Shown piece by piece: positions 15,115 through 25,367 of a DNA stretch of 64,000 nt. Origin of the DNA: Caldilineales bacterium. Its GTDB lineage: Bacteria; Chloroflexota; Anaerolineae; J102. The DNA is taken from NCBI GenBank assembly GCA_024102915.1, contig JAGFJG010000001.1, positions 45,554 to 109,553 of the forward strand, in the 5' to 3' direction. Each line of letters begins with the position of its first letter. Position 1 is the stretch's first letter. The notes under the pieces were generated by a model, which was given only the letters and a program-made list of their open reading frames with translations, searched no databases and was not told where the DNA came from. The position numbers and the translations under genes were made by a program.

Positions 15115-17236
15115 CCTCAAGCAGGATCGGTCGCCCCGTCCGCCGATCTTCCTCCGGCCCGATCACGCCCTCCCTCTCCAATTCATCCATCAGGCGTTGC
15201 GCCCGCGGGTAGCCGATGCCCATCAGTCGTTGCAAACTGGAAGTGCTGATCGATTGACGGCCGCGCAACTTCTCCACGGTCTGATGGAACAACTCATCGG
15301 CGCTGCCCTCTTCCACCATGAGCGAACTCCAGGGATAGAGCGGTTTGGTGGGGTCGCGCTCCGGCGTGGGGCTGTTCTCGCGCCACCATTTCACCAGGGC
15401 GCTGATCTCGCTGTCGCTGACAAAGCAGCCCTGGATGCGTTGCAGCTTGGCGCTGTCGGGCGTCATCAATAGGCCATCGCCGCGGCCCAGCAATTTATCC
15501 GCGCCGGGCGTGTCGAGGATGACGCGCGAATCGATCTGGCTGGTGACGGAGAATGCCAGCCGCGCCGGGAAGTTAGCCTTGATCAAGCCGGTCACGACAT
15601 CGACCGAGGGCCGCTGTGTGGCGATGACGAGATGGATGCCGGTAGCGCGCGCCATCTGCGCCAGCCGCACCAGTTTCGTCTCGATGCTGTCCGGGGCGGT
15701 GACCATGAGATCGGCCAATTCGTCGACGATGAGGATGTTGTAAGGCAACCGCTCGGAGGGCTTGACTTTGCGGTTGTAGCTCTGGATGTTGCGCACGCCC
15801 ACTTCGCTGAACATGCGATAACGCTCATCCATCGTGATCAGCAGCCAGGTCAGGGCGCCTTCGGCATGCTGCGGGTCGGTGACAACGGGGGCGATCAGGT
15901 GGGGGATGCCATTGTAGCCGGGGAGTTCCACCCGCTTGGGGTCGACGAGGATGAACTTCACGACGTCGGGGCCGTTATTGAAGAGCAGCGCGCAGATGAT
16001 GCTGTTCAACGCCACCGATTTGCCCGACCCCGTGGCCCCGGCGATTAAAAGGTGGGGAAGACCGGACAGATCGACGGCCACGGCGTCGCCGCTGACATCG
16101 CGACCGATGGGGATGGCAAGCGGGCTGCGGAGCGTCCGAAAGGCTCGATCCTCCAAAAGGCGGCGCAGGCTGACGAGACTGGTCTCGGCATTGGGCACTT
16201 CGATGCCAAGGAATGGGCGGCCAGGCACAGGCGCTTCGATGCGCACAGGGCTGGCGGCCAGGGCCAGGGCCAGATCGTCGGACAGCGAGACGATTTTGTT
16301 TACACGCACCCGCACGGTTCTGGCATTGTTTTCGTAGGAGCCCGGCTCCACGCCGAACTGGGTGACGCTGGGCCCGACATTGATCTCGACCACGCGGGCG
16401 GGGATGCCAAAGCTTTGCAGGGTATCCTCAATCAACTCAGCCTGAATTTGGGCCTGTTCTTGGGTTGCGCCGCCGCTCTCTTTGTCATGCAAAAGTTCGA
16501 GAGGAGGCAGGTTTTTCGAGCGTTTGCTGGCGCTCGGAGCGCTGGTCGTTTTCCGCCGCCCGCTCGATTTCATCCTGGCGCGGCGGCTGGTTTTCGCTTG
16601 CTTTTTACTTTGATCGGGCTTGGGTTTTGCCGGATTTTTTTCAGCTTCTGAAACCGCGCCCGCCATTTGCGCCGCAGTCGTGCGCGAGGGCGGCAGCGCT
16701 CGATTTTCAGAGGGTGCGGAAGCGCCGGGGAACACGGGCAGATGCAGGCCCTGCCACTGGATAAAACGCATGGGCGTGTAATTGAAAATCAGAAACGCTC
16801 CGGCCCCGATGGCCAAGATCACCACAATCCAGGTTGCGGTCGGGCCGAGATATTTGACGGCCAGCTCCGCCAGCGCCCAACCCACCAGACCTCCCCCCAA
16901 CCCTTCCTGTGCGGCGAGATAGTTGTCAGCCCCCTGTCGCAGATGGGCGACCATCATCAAGCCCAGCAAGACGATCACGATGCCCAACAACGCCTCGACA
17001 TACCAGTGTGGGCCAAGCACGCGGTCGAGCAGGCGTCGAAATGTGAGATAAACGCCGATCAAGGCCAGCGTCAAGCCCACGGGCAATGCCAGTTGCCCGG
17101 CCATCGTGCGCAGAACCGGCGATTTCTCCGAAAGAAAAATCAGGTCGACCAGGGCAAGTACGCCGACGCCAAGGATGATGAGGCCTAACGTCTCGAATTT
17201 TCGCTGGTTGGTGGGGGATTCGGGGGAAATCGACAC
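15095..17236 (-). CDS. ftsK: DNA translocase FtsK/SpoIIIE
   Basis: 713 aa. It has four N-terminal TMs, a basic linker, Walker A LLIAGATGSGKSVALN, Walker B ILIVDELADLM, and a C-terminal winged-helix gamma domain SISTSSLQRLMGIGYPRAQRLMDELEREGVIG. Confidence 0.95.
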   Translation of the reverse strand: MSISPESPTNQRKFETLGLIILGVGVLALVDLIFLSEKSPVLRTMAGQLALPVGLTLALIGVYLTFRRLLDRVLGPHWYVEALLGIVIVLLGLMMVAHLRQGADNYLAAQEGLGGGLVGWALAELAVKYLGPTATWIVVILAIGAGAFLIFNYTPMRFIQWQGLHLPVFPGASAPSENRALPPSRTTAAQMAGAVSEAEKNPAKPKPDQSKKQAKTSRRARMKSSGRRKTTSAPSASKRSKNLPPLELLHDKESGGATQEQAQIQAELIEDTLQSFGIPARVVEINVGPSVTQFGVEPGSYENNARTVRVRVNKIVSLSDDLALALAASPVRIEAPVPGRPFLGIEVPNAETSLVSLRRLLEDRAFRTLRSPLAIPIGRDVSGDAVAVDLSGLPHLLIAGATGSGKSVALNSIICALLFNNGPDVVKFILVDPKRVELPGYNGIPHLIAPVVTDPQHAEGALTWLLITMDERYRMFSEVGVRNIQSYNRKVKPSERLPYNILIVDELADLMVTAPDSIETKLVRLAQMARATGIHLVIATQRPSVDVVTGLIKANFPARLAFSVTSQIDSRVILDTPGADKLLGRGDGLLMTPDSAKLQRIQGCFVSDSEISALVKWWRENSPTPERDPTKPLYPWSSLMVEEGSADELFHQTVEKLRGRQSISTSSLQRLMGIGYPRAQRLMDELEREGVIGPEEDRRTGRPILLEDEDFDD

Positions 17237-17251
17237 GATCGGGGGGCGGGC

Positions 17252-19243
17252 TTAGCCGGGCTTGGGGACGCTCTGGACCTGAGCGACCGCCGCCCGCTCC
17301 GGCGGGCCAGTCGGCTCACGCCCAACTTGGGTGGTTGCGATATCGAGACCATCGGCGTCAGCGCTGGCCTCCATATCGGCCAGTGTGCGGGCGACTTCCG
17401 AAATGGCGACGCGCTGCTTGCGATACAGGTCGGATTCGCTCATGGCCAGCCGATTGGCCACCTCGCGCACGCGTTTACCCTGCAGGAATTTGAGGTCGAG
17501 GATATTGTAAAGCATCCATTCCGAGGTCGTCATCTGCCTGTCGCCGGCGGGTCGCTGCCTTTCCACTGCCATTTGCAGGACTGCACGCAATGCCCGTGTG
17601 GGCGAGTTTTCATAGTCAGCCAGGACGCTTTTGACCACACGCAAATCCAACAGAGGGCTGTCACTCAGTTTGGGCCCGCCCCAGAAATGATTCAGCGCAT
17701 CGCGCACCCATTCCGTGAATTCGGGCGATCTCGTCAGATCATCCGCATCGGACTCGCTGCCGCCGATCACATAGGGGACGGTGCCGCGCAGCGCCTGCAT
17801 GACCTCGAAATCAGGCAGCACCGGTCGCAACGCTTCGAACACGTCCAGTTGCAACCGGCGATCTTCCACGGCGATCTCGGCGCGGCGCAACAGGTGCTCG
17901 ATCACCATGAGGGAGGAGGCGGGAAAATCTTCGAGGCGGAGGCCATCGCTGCGCAAGGCGATTATGCCGAGAGGCTGGTCGGTGTGCCTGTTCGTGAGTG
18001 TGCGGATGAAGTATCCGTCGGCAGGGTGAAAGGCGTCGTCGGGGAATTCAGCCGTAAGCAGGCGCTGTACTTCGGGCAAAGCAAGAGTGGCCCTGGCCCC
18101 CGTTTCTGTGCCCACCACGGCTTCCAAACGCGCCTCGGTTTCACCCGGAAGCGCCACGAATCCGGCATTGACCTCCAGCGCATCACACAAGGAGACGAGC
18201 ACGTTCTCCAAAAACTGGCTGAGGTCGCTGCTGGTCATCAAGCGCTGATCGAGGGTACGCAGCCACTGCACTTCGTCCGATTCTTTGCGATAGATCGCTC
18301 TGTCAATCCACGGCTGCAAAACGTAGAGCAACAAGGGCGCCATGACGATGACGCCGACGACGAAAAGGGTCAGCGCCGTATCGGCCGGCAGGCCCAGGAT
18401 TGCCTCCACCCGCGGGATGCTGAGGATCAGACCGATGACGATGACGGCGACGATCGGGCCGCGCAGCAAGAAGTAGATGAGCTGCCGTTTGACGACACGG
18501 TCGGGAGAGAGCACGCCGTAATAAGCGACGCTGTAAGCCATGACCACCAGCATGATGCCGACGGTGACATTAGCGATGCTGGCGAAGATGAGGACTAAAG
18601 CCGGGTTCGTCTCGCCGGTGCGGGAAACCAGGATCAGGTAGGGGAAGACGCCGAGGGCGGGCGCGGCGAAACTCCATAGCAGGTAGTTCAGGCGACGGCG
18701 CGAGGCCATAGTGCGCGCCATCGCCCGCGCTTGCAGCAACGTCCATCCGCCCCACAATGTCGCCGTGACGAAATACAACGTGAACAGGGGGAACAGCAAA
18801 CCGGGCTGCAGGTAGGTGACCGGGAAGGAGCCCGCCGCCGGTTGCACCAGGATGTCGGTGGCCACGGCCATGAAGGCAAACACGCCGCTGACGCCATAAG
18901 CCCCGCGCACGATCCAGCGCCAATAGGATGGGTCAGGCCGCAGCGACGTGGCGAGCAAAACCGCCCTGGAAAAATGCAAATAGGCCGCCGGAACCAGGGC
19001 GATGCCCAGCCATTGGAACCGCAGCCAGCTTTCCTGCCACTCCACCCGCGGCAACACCACATCGCCGGAATACACGATGATCACACCGAGCAGAAGGGCG
19101 GCGAAGGCACGTCCCACCCGGCTATGCAGATTGAAGGTGAGGATGTAGACGAATAGCGAAAAGCTGAGGATCAGAATTGCGGAAGAGAGAACCAGATTTC
19201 CGAATTCAAGGATGGTCAGCCAATCGGGTAACTCGGTGAGCAT
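17252..19243 (-). CDS. Polytopic membrane protein: 7TM sensor-like N-terminus + GAF-like domain + C-terminal HTH
   Basis: About 300 aa form 7-8 TM helices. The central segment LSQFLENVLVSLCDALEVNAGFVALPGE...PLGIIALRSD is GAF-like. The C-terminus LNHFWGGPKLSDSPLL...RVREVANRLAMSESDLYRKQRVAISEVARTL resembles sigma-70 region-4/LuxR-type HTH tails. Confidence 0.65.
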   Translation of the reverse strand: MLTELPDWLTILEFGNLVLSSAILILSFSLFVYILTFNLHSRVGRAFAALLLGVIIVYSGDVVLPRVEWQESWLRFQWLGIALVPAAYLHFSRAVLLATSLRPDPSYWRWIVRGAYGVSGVFAFMAVATDILVQPAAGSFPVTYLQPGLLFPLFTLYFVTATLWGGWTLLQARAMARTMASRRRLNYLLWSFAAPALGVFPYLILVSRTGETNPALVLIFASIANVTVGIMLVVMAYSVAYYGVLSPDRVVKRQLIYFLLRGPIVAVIVIGLILSIPRVEAILGLPADTALTLFVVGVIVMAPLLLYVLQPWIDRAIYRKESDEVQWLRTLDQRLMTSSDLSQFLENVLVSLCDALEVNAGFVALPGETEARLEAVVGTETGARATLALPEVQRLLTAEFPDDAFHPADGYFIRTLTNRHTDQPLGIIALRSDGLRLEDFPASSLMVIEHLLRRAEIAVEDRRLQLDVFEALRPVLPDFEVMQALRGTVPYVIGGSESDADDLTRSPEFTEWVRDALNHFWGGPKLSDSPLLDLRVVKSVLADYENSPTRALRAVLQMAVERQRPAGDRQMTTSEWMLYNILDLKFLQGKRVREVANRLAMSESDLYRKQRVAISEVARTLADMEASADADGLDIATTQVGREPTGPPERAAVAQVQSVPKPG

Positions 19244-19249
19244 GGGTGA

Positions 19250-19783
19250 CTAACGAATGGTGCGGGCCAGATCTAGGGTGATCTCGTGGTCCGAGTAAAA
19301 GCGTTCATTGAAGCCGCAGAAAGAAAATCCGTGGGCGAAATAAAACGATATCGCCGGATGGTTTTTGGTGCTGACCTGAACCATGACGCTGCGGAGATTC
19401 CGATCTTGACCCCACAACATCGCCTGTGACAGCAACTTCGTGCCGACGCCCTGCCGTCGGTAATCGGGCCGGACGACGTGCTGTTGGATGTGCGCCACGC
19501 CGGCGCTGGAATCGGCGATGAGATGTATGAAGCCGACAACCTCCCGATCCTGCCGGGCCGAAAGCATACAATCCCCGCGTTGCCATTGCTTGAGCAAATT
19601 ATCCTCTTGCGGTTCACCGGGGACATTGACAGCCCGCGGCAAGTGCACCAGATGCAGGTGGACGGCGATGTCGTTGGGTTCGACGCCCAGGCTGAGCTGC
19701 CACACACGTTGTGTGTTGTAGGATGCATCGATCTGGGCGCACTCGTTGAGATCGTGCAGCGTGGGACGGCGGATGAAGATCAC
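19250..19783 (-). CDS. GNAT-family N-acetyltransferase
   Basis: The acetyl-CoA motif is in VVRPDYRRQGVGTKLLSQAMLWG, followed by NHPAISFYFAHGF. Confidence 0.85.
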   Translation of the reverse strand: MIFIRRPTLHDLNECAQIDASYNTQRVWQLSLGVEPNDIAVHLHLVHLPRAVNVPGEPQEDNLLKQWQRGDCMLSARQDREVVGFIHLIADSSAGVAHIQQHVVRPDYRRQGVGTKLLSQAMLWGQDRNLRSVMVQVSTKNHPAISFYFAHGFSFCGFNERFYSDHEITLDLARTIR

Positions 19784-20009
19784 GGTGTGTATTGCTCGCG
19801 AAGATGGGGGAGTGGGAATCCGATCATCGAACGCATGAGGTTGCGCTCGCGCTTGACTGATCGAAGGGCGAAAAATCCTCTAAGAATCATACCGTGTCCC
19901 CCTTCGCCAGTCGGGATTCCAACAACATTATAGAACGAACCCAACATTTTGTGCGAGAGTACAATCTCAGCACGATGCATCGCCAGCCTGTAAAAAGCAA
20001 CCCGGGAGC

Positions 20010-21290
20010 TTATCGTCCCTCCGGCCGGGCGTAGGCCGAAAGGGATGAGCCGACATCATAACCGCGTTGCAATCGATAGGTGGGAATGTTACTGGCCCAG
20101 AGTTCGGCCAGGGCGTTTGTATGGCGCGGCGCCGGCCCGAATGTGTCCGCGGCGACCAGTACGGCTGTACTCTTGACGCCGCGCCGTCCCAATTCGCGCA
20201 GCGCCGCCACCCAGCGCCCATCCGCCGAAGGCGTGATCGCCACGATGGTGCTGGTGCGGCCCAGATAATTCCCCTCGGCGGTGAGCACGCGGTCGAAACT
20301 GAGCGTCCCCGTCGGTTCCAAAACTGCCAGCGTTTCCAGAATTTTGTTCAGTTGGCGTTCGCCCCGGTCTGGCTGGATGATCTCGCGATGGCCGGTGTGG
20401 GAGATGAGCCCGACCGCCCGTCGTTCGACCAGATAACGGCGGGCAATCGAGGCCGCAGCCGTGACCGCATATTCGATCGTGGCCGGGATCAGCTCAAAGC
20501 TGGATGTGCGCTCGCTCCACAAAACGGCTGGCTGGTCGTGTTCGTCAGGCGGGAGCCAGGGTTGGGCATGATGCCAGGTTGGGTCGAGGTCGATCATAAT
20601 CCAGATATCGCTGGTGGGGTCCAGTTCAAATTCCTTGACGATCATCCGGCCAGTGCGGGCGGTCGAGCGCCAGTGAATGCGATTGAAGCCGTCGCCTGGC
20701 ACATAATCTCGCACCGTCGAAACATTCGTGGTCAGATAATGCGTGCGATGTCGCGTGGCGTCGCCGCCGGGGATCTGGCCCTCGGGCAGACGAAAACCCG
20801 GCACATCGACCGTGGCTGGATAGACCAGGATGCTGAAAGTCTGCGGCAGAACGCGGCGGGATTCGAAAATGCCCAACGGGTCGCCGCTGCGCAAAGTCAA
20901 TGGCCCCAGTTGGTAGCGCCCGCGGCGGTAACAGGGCGTGCGCACCACCCAGGTGCGTTGCTTGCGCCCCCCCACCGAACTAACCACGCGCGAAGGATGA
21001 TGCCCAGGCAGCGTCGAAAAGTCACGCACTTCCAGCCACAGTTTGGGCAGGCGGCTGCGATTGATGATCTCGAATTGTTCCTCGGCTATTTTCCCAACCT
21101 GGCTGCGGCGACTGCGGGTGCGCCGCGCCAGCCCAATCTGCCGCACATTCGACCAGCCCCAAATCCACGAACCCACCAGGATGATGGTTACGAGGTAGAA
21201 GGTGTTGTATAAAAGCTCGCGGCCCGTATTCAGGGCGGCGATAAGGCTAATCAGCCAGACAGCCAGGGCGATCCAGGTATTGCGACGCAA
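20010..21290 (-). CDS. DUF58-domain protein (MoxR-associated) with N-terminal TMs
   Basis: VRDYVPGDGFNRIHWRSTARTGRMIVKEFELD is the DUF58 signature. There are two N-terminal TM helices. It lies immediately downstream of the MoxR ATPase. Confidence 0.85.
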   Translation of the reverse strand: MRRNTWIALAVWLISLIAALNTGRELLYNTFYLVTIILVGSWIWGWSNVRQIGLARRTRSRRSQVGKIAEEQFEIINRSRLPKLWLEVRDFSTLPGHHPSRVVSSVGGRKQRTWVVRTPCYRRGRYQLGPLTLRSGDPLGIFESRRVLPQTFSILVYPATVDVPGFRLPEGQIPGGDATRHRTHYLTTNVSTVRDYVPGDGFNRIHWRSTARTGRMIVKEFELDPTSDIWIMIDLDPTWHHAQPWLPPDEHDQPAVLWSERTSSFELIPATIEYAVTAAASIARRYLVERRAVGLISHTGHREIIQPDRGERQLNKILETLAVLEPTGTLSFDRVLTAEGNYLGRTSTIVAITPSADGRWVAALRELGRRGVKSTAVLVAADTFGPAPRHTNALAELWASNIPTYRLQRGYDVGSSLSAYARPEGR

Positions 21291-21301
21291 ATTCGGCCTT
21301 C

Positions 21302-22261
21302 TCAGGCGGCAGCGCGCGCGCCTGGCACTGTCACTGTCGCCAGCGTCTCTTTGACGATGGTCTCAGGATCGACATTCTTGATGCGGGCGGAAGGGCTGAT
21401 GATCAGGCGATGCGCCAGAGTGGGCACAGCCAGTGCTTTCACATCATCCGGGATCACGTAGTCGCGACCCGACAGAGCGGCATAGGCACGCGATGTTTTG
21501 AACAACGCCAGAGAACCGCGGGGGCTCGCTCCCAGATAGACGTCGGGGTGTTGGCGAGTGGCCGTGGCGATGCTGACGATATAGCTCTTGATCTGATCAT
21601 CCATGTAGACGGTCTTCACCGCCGCCTGCGCTTCGGTCAGTTCCTCCGCCGAGACGACCTGCTCCAGGTCGCGGATGGGATGGTGATCGATTTGCGAATC
21701 GAGGATGGCGATCTCGTCCTTGCGTTCGGGATAGCCCAAATGGATGCGCATGATAAAACGGTCGACCTGAGCTTCGGGCAGGGGGAAGGTGCCTTCGTAT
21801 TCGATGGGGTTCTGGGTGGCCAATACCAGGAAAGGGTTCGACATGGCATAGGTGATGCCATCGACCGTGGTCTGGCGTTCTTCCATCGCCTCCAACAAAG
21901 CCGCCTGGGTCTTGGGCGTGGCTCGGTTGATCTCGTCGGCCAGGACGATTTGGGTGAAGATGGGGCCGGGGCGGAACTGGAATTCCTGGGTTTTTTGATT
22001 GTACACCGATACGCCGGTCACGTCGCTGGGCAGCATGTCGGGCGTGAACTGGATGCGGCTGAACGTGCAGCCGATCGATTTGGCGATTGAACGCGCCAGC
22101 ATGGTCTTGCCCAGGCCGGGCACGTCCTCAATCAAAAGATGCCCCTCACAGATGAGGGCGATCAGGGTCTGTTGAATCGAGCGACGTTTGCCAATGATCA
22201 CCTTTTCCACATTGGCGGTGACGCGTTCAATCATGTTTTGGACGATTGTTGTCTCTGACAT
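21302..22261 (-). CDS. MoxR-family AAA+ ATPase
   Basis: Walker A in [18 protein letters not shown], Walker B in [23 protein letters not shown], and the typical 319-aa MoxR length. Confidence 0.92.
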   Translation of the reverse strand: MSETTIVQNMIERVTANVEKVIIGKRRSIQQTLIALICEGHLLIEDVPGLGKTMLARSIAKSIGCTFSRIQFTPDMLPSDVTGVSVYNQKTQEFQFRPGPIFTQIVLADEINRATPKTQAALLEAMEERQTTVDGITYAMSNPFLVLATQNPIEYEGTFPLPEAQVDRFIMRIHLGYPERKDEIAILDSQIDHHPIRDLEQVVSAEELTEAQAAVKTVYMDDQIKSYIVSIATATRQHPDVYLGASPRGSLALFKTSRAYAALSGRDYVIPDDVKALAVPTLAHRLIISPSARIKNVDPETIVKETLATVTVPGARAAA

Positions 22262-22298
22262 TTTCTCTCCGAATATGCTTGCGGAATCAGGCAGAGCG

Positions 22299-22327
22299 AT
22301 TGTAGCACAGGAGTGGGGCTAAGTCAT
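22299..22327 (-). promoter_or_regulatory. Candidate sigma-70-type promoter for the MoxR-DUF58 unit
   Basis: The minus strand reads ATGACT, 17 nt, TACAAT. The -10 box ends about 37 nt upstream of the MoxR ATG. Confidence 0.35.
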
Positions 22328-22385
22328 GGAGTCGATCCTACAAGCTCAGCCAGATGTTCTAGCCCTCTATTCGATTCTCACGCCC

Positions 22386-23192
22386 TTACCGTGCGCCCAA
22401 TCCCGGCATCGGTTGCATCGTCAGACCGTTGCCGAATGCGCTATCAATCGCCGCCCGAACGTCGCTCACCAATTGCAGGTATTGCGGGTCGGTGAAAAGC
22501 GCCTCGGAGCGAGGCCGCGCCAGCGGAATCGGAATCTCGCACTGGATGGCGCCAGGTCGTTGCGTCAATACCAGAACCCGGTCAGCCAGAAATACAGCTT
22601 CGTTGATGGCGTGCGTGACCATGAAAATGGTCTGCTGGCGCGAACTCTGGATGCGCAGAAGTTCCCGGTTCAGGTGCTCGCGCGTCAAAGCGTCGAGCGC
22701 CCCGAAAGGCTCGTCTAGTAAGAGGATTTCCGGGTCCTGCGCCAACGTGCGGGCGATGGCCGCGCGCTGTTGCATGCCGCCGGACAATTGGTGCGGATAG
22801 TGCAGCTCGAAACCCTGCAATGCCACAAGCTCTACGAGCTTTTGGGCGACCTCGTAGCGTTTACGGCGAGGGACGCCCTCTAATTCCAGCGGCAGAGCAA
22901 TGTTGTCACGCACCGTGCGCCAGGGCATGAGGTTGACATTCTGGAAGACGATGCCAACGCGCGGGCTGGGGCTGGTGATCGCCTCGCCGTCGAGCAGGAT
23001 TTCGCCGCCGCTGGGGTGCAGCAGCCCGGCGATGATGCGCAACAGCGTCGATTTGCCGCCGCCGCTCGGCCCCACCAGACACACAAGTTCGCCCCGCTCG
23101 ACGTTGAAACTGATGTCGTGGAGCGCGTGCAGCGGATCGACAGGATCGCCATACGCCTTTTCGATATGGCGCAATTCCAGCAGCGGGCTCAT
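22386..23192 (-). CDS. ABC transporter ATP-binding protein (NitT/TauT family), third gene of the FMN-riboswitch operon
   Basis: Walker A GPSGGGKST, signature LSGGMQQRAAIA, Walker B ILLLDEPFGALD. Its start overlaps the binding-protein stop. Confidence 0.9.
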   Translation of the reverse strand: MSPLLELRHIEKAYGDPVDPLHALHDISFNVERGELVCLVGPSGGGKSTLLRIIAGLLHPSGGEILLDGEAITSPSPRVGIVFQNVNLMPWRTVRDNIALPLELEGVPRRKRYEVAQKLVELVALQGFELHYPHQLSGGMQQRAAIARTLAQDPEILLLDEPFGALDALTREHLNRELLRIQSSRQQTIFMVTHAINEAVFLADRVLVLTQRPGAIQCEIPIPLARPRSEALFTDPQYLQLVSDVRAAIDSAFGNGLTMQPMPGLGAR

Positions 23193-24220
23193 TCCACGGC
23201 AGCCGCCCGTACAAAGCGGTCGACCCAGATGCCATCGGTGTCCACCACCTTGTCAACCAGCCCCGCCTCAGCCATCAATTCTGCCGTGGCAGGCCAGATG
23301 TCCGGATTCATCAGCCCCAGTGTTTCGCCCTCGCCCGGTTGCCAGAAATCGAGCGAAGCGTCGAAGATAGCCCGATTCACATCGCGCTGCTGCGCCGCTT
23401 CCGGCACGAATTTTAGGCTGATCTCGAAAGCCTCATCCGGATTATCCAGCGTGAAGCGAATGCCGCGCAGCAGCGCCCGTACCATGCCTTCGACCAGTTC
23501 GGGATTCTCGGCGATGACGGTCTCGTTGGTGAACAGACCGTTGGCCGGGAGTTGCAGATAATCATCGACGGAAATGATGTTCACAGTATCGCCCGCCAGC
23601 CGTAATTGCACCGGGCCATTGACCGCGTAATCGAGCGCCGCGTCCACCAGCCCTTCGCTCACGGCGGCAGCCTGCGTGAAACCGATGGATTCCAGATCAA
23701 CCTGATCCTCCGCCAGATCCGTGGCGCTCACCAGCCCTTTCCAGGCGATGTAGCTGGCCCCGAACAGTCCCGGAAGCCCCACCTTTTTCCCGATCAGATC
23801 AGCGGGGGCAGCGATGCCGCTGTCGGCCTTTGCAAAAATAACCACCGGAAAATGGCGGTACCAATTCGCCACATAATTGACCGGTAGACCCTGCGCCCGG
23901 CCTAAGATAGCCTCCTCGCCGCTGGCTACGATGAATTGACGTTCATTCGTGCCAAGCAACTTGAGAAAATCGGTCTCGAAACCATGCTCCAATTCGACCT
24001 CGATATTCTCATCGGCAAAATAACCCTGATCGATGGCAACATAGAAAGGCGCGAATTGGACGCTGGGGATGAACCCCAAACCCAGCATCACCTTCGTCGG
24101 CGCTGCGGACGGGGCGGTTGTGGAAGGGGCGACGGGCGGCGCACAGGCGATGAGTAGCGCCACCGATACAAAACTAATGACCAGTAACAGAATTGTTTTT
24201 CGGGATTTGCGTGTCATCAT
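23189..24220 (-). CDS. ribY: NMT1/THI5-like substrate-binding lipoprotein; predicted riboflavin-binding RibY
   Basis: Lipobox LLIACAPP. NMT1/ThiY-like strings are GLGFIPSVQFAPFYVAIDQGYF and GLPGLFGASYIAWKG. The functional call rests on the FMN riboswitch upstream of the operon. Confidence 0.75.
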   Translation of the reverse strand: MMTRKSRKTILLLVISFVSVALLIACAPPVAPSTTAPSAAPTKVMLGLGFIPSVQFAPFYVAIDQGYFADENIEVELEHGFETDFLKLLGTNERQFIVASGEEAILGRAQGLPVNYVANWYRHFPVVIFAKADSGIAAPADLIGKKVGLPGLFGASYIAWKGLVSATDLAEDQVDLESIGFTQAAAVSEGLVDAALDYAVNGPVQLRLAGDTVNIISVDDYLQLPANGLFTNETVIAENPELVEGMVRALLRGIRFTLDNPDEAFEISLKFVPEAAQQRDVNRAIFDASLDFWQPGEGETLGLMNPDIWPATAELMAEAGLVDKVVDTDGIWVDRFVRAAAVE

Positions 24221-24307
24221 TTTACCTCTGTACGTGTTTCAAACAGCGTACAAAATTCATGAATTTTAGTAAGCCGACGATATCATCCGACTCTAAATGA
24301 CATCTCG

Positions 24308-25183
24308 TTATCGAACGTTCTTCCAGGCCAGCAGGCGGCGCTCGGCCAGACTGACAAGGCCATAGAGACCAAGGGCAATCACGACCAGCGTGAACAGGGC
24401 GACAAAAAGCAGCGGCGTGTCAAGCAAGCCCCTGGCCAGATTGATCAGGAATCCCAGGCCCTGGTCTGCGCCCACGAATTCGCCGATCACAGCGCCGATC
24501 ACAGCCAGCGTCACCCCGATTTTCAGGCCGCCGAAAAAGACGGGCAGGGCGGACGGGACTTCCAGCTTGGAAAACACCTCCCAGCGAGTGGCCCGCAACG
24601 AACGCATGAGCGCGGCCAGCTCCGGCTCGACCGAGCGCAAGCCCACAATGGTGCTGACGAGCACCGGGACAAAGAGTGTGAGCGCGCAGATTAAAATCGT
24701 GCGGGACAGGCTATCGCTGATCCAGATCACCAGCAACGGGGCGATGGCGATGATGGGAAAGGCCTGAAAAGCGACGATGTATGGGGACAGCAGTCGTTCG
24801 AGCGTGGTCGATTTGGCCAACAAATAGCCCAGGATCAATGCGCTGCTCAGTCCCAACAGCAACCCCAACCCAATTTCCAGCAAGGTGATGCTGGCGTGTC
24901 GCCACAGACTGGCATCCGCCAGGACCAGAATGAATTTGTTCCAGACGTCGATAGGCCGGGGCAGGATAAAAACGGGATAGTGTCGCCACTGTACCAGCCC
25001 CTCCCACAGTAACAGAAACGCGAATATCGTCACTGGGGCCAGGATGATGCGCCCCCACTGCAAATAACGACCGTTCTTGCGGGCGCGGGCCAGACGCCTG
25101 GGCGTTTTCGCCGGCGCCGGGATGGGCGGACTTTCGCTCCTGGCTTTTTGCCTGGTCAAGGTGTGAGGGGGTGAAGCTGGCAT
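24308..25183 (-). CDS. ribX: ABC transporter permease (NitT/TauT family); predicted RibX
   Basis: Six TM helices follow a basic N-terminal tail. The EAA-like loop is LMRSLRATRWEVFSKLEVPSALP. It is the first gene after the riboswitch and terminator. Confidence 0.8.
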   Translation of the reverse strand: MPASPPHTLTRQKARSESPPIPAPAKTPRRLARARKNGRYLQWGRIILAPVTIFAFLLLWEGLVQWRHYPVFILPRPIDVWNKFILVLADASLWRHASITLLEIGLGLLLGLSSALILGYLLAKSTTLERLLSPYIVAFQAFPIIAIAPLLVIWISDSLSRTILICALTLFVPVLVSTIVGLRSVEPELAALMRSLRATRWEVFSKLEVPSALPVFFGGLKIGVTLAVIGAVIGEFVGADQGLGFLINLARGLLDTPLLFVALFTLVVIALGLYGLVSLAERRLLAWKNVR

Positions 25184-25220
25184 AAGACTAATATCGACTG
25201 ATTACTGACCGCATAACGCA

Positions 25221-25258
25221 TAAAAAAGCGGCGATCAGATCGTGCCTGATCGCCGCGC
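25221..25258 (-). terminator. Intrinsic terminator forming the riboswitch expression platform
   Basis: The minus strand reads GCGGCGATCAG-gcacgat-CTGATCGCCGC followed by TTTTTTAT. That is an 11-bp perfect stem, 38 nt upstream of the ribX ATG. Confidence 0.85.
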
Positions 25259-25367
25259 GGTTGCGTCAACGGACATCAGTCTGAAGGGTATCCAGACATA
25301 ATGTCTGACAAGATGCCGGTAAGTCCGCACTCTGTGGCGGCCAACGCTCGATCTTGCCATCGGTCAC

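Noticed and set aside
17327-18598. 423-aa ORF on the plus strand
   Set aside because: It is antisense to the 7TM-GAF-HTH gene. The composition is Asp/Gly/Arg/His-rich with no TM or domain signatures, whereas the minus frame gives coherent TM helices.
20067-21212. 381-aa ORF on the plus strand
   Set aside because: It is antisense to the DUF58 gene, which carries the VRDYVPGD...IHWRSTAR signature. The Arg/Gly/Pro-rich translation is a GC artefact. Likewise 21410-22090 is antisense to MoxR, and 10615-11646 is antisense to the hydrolase-VOC gene.
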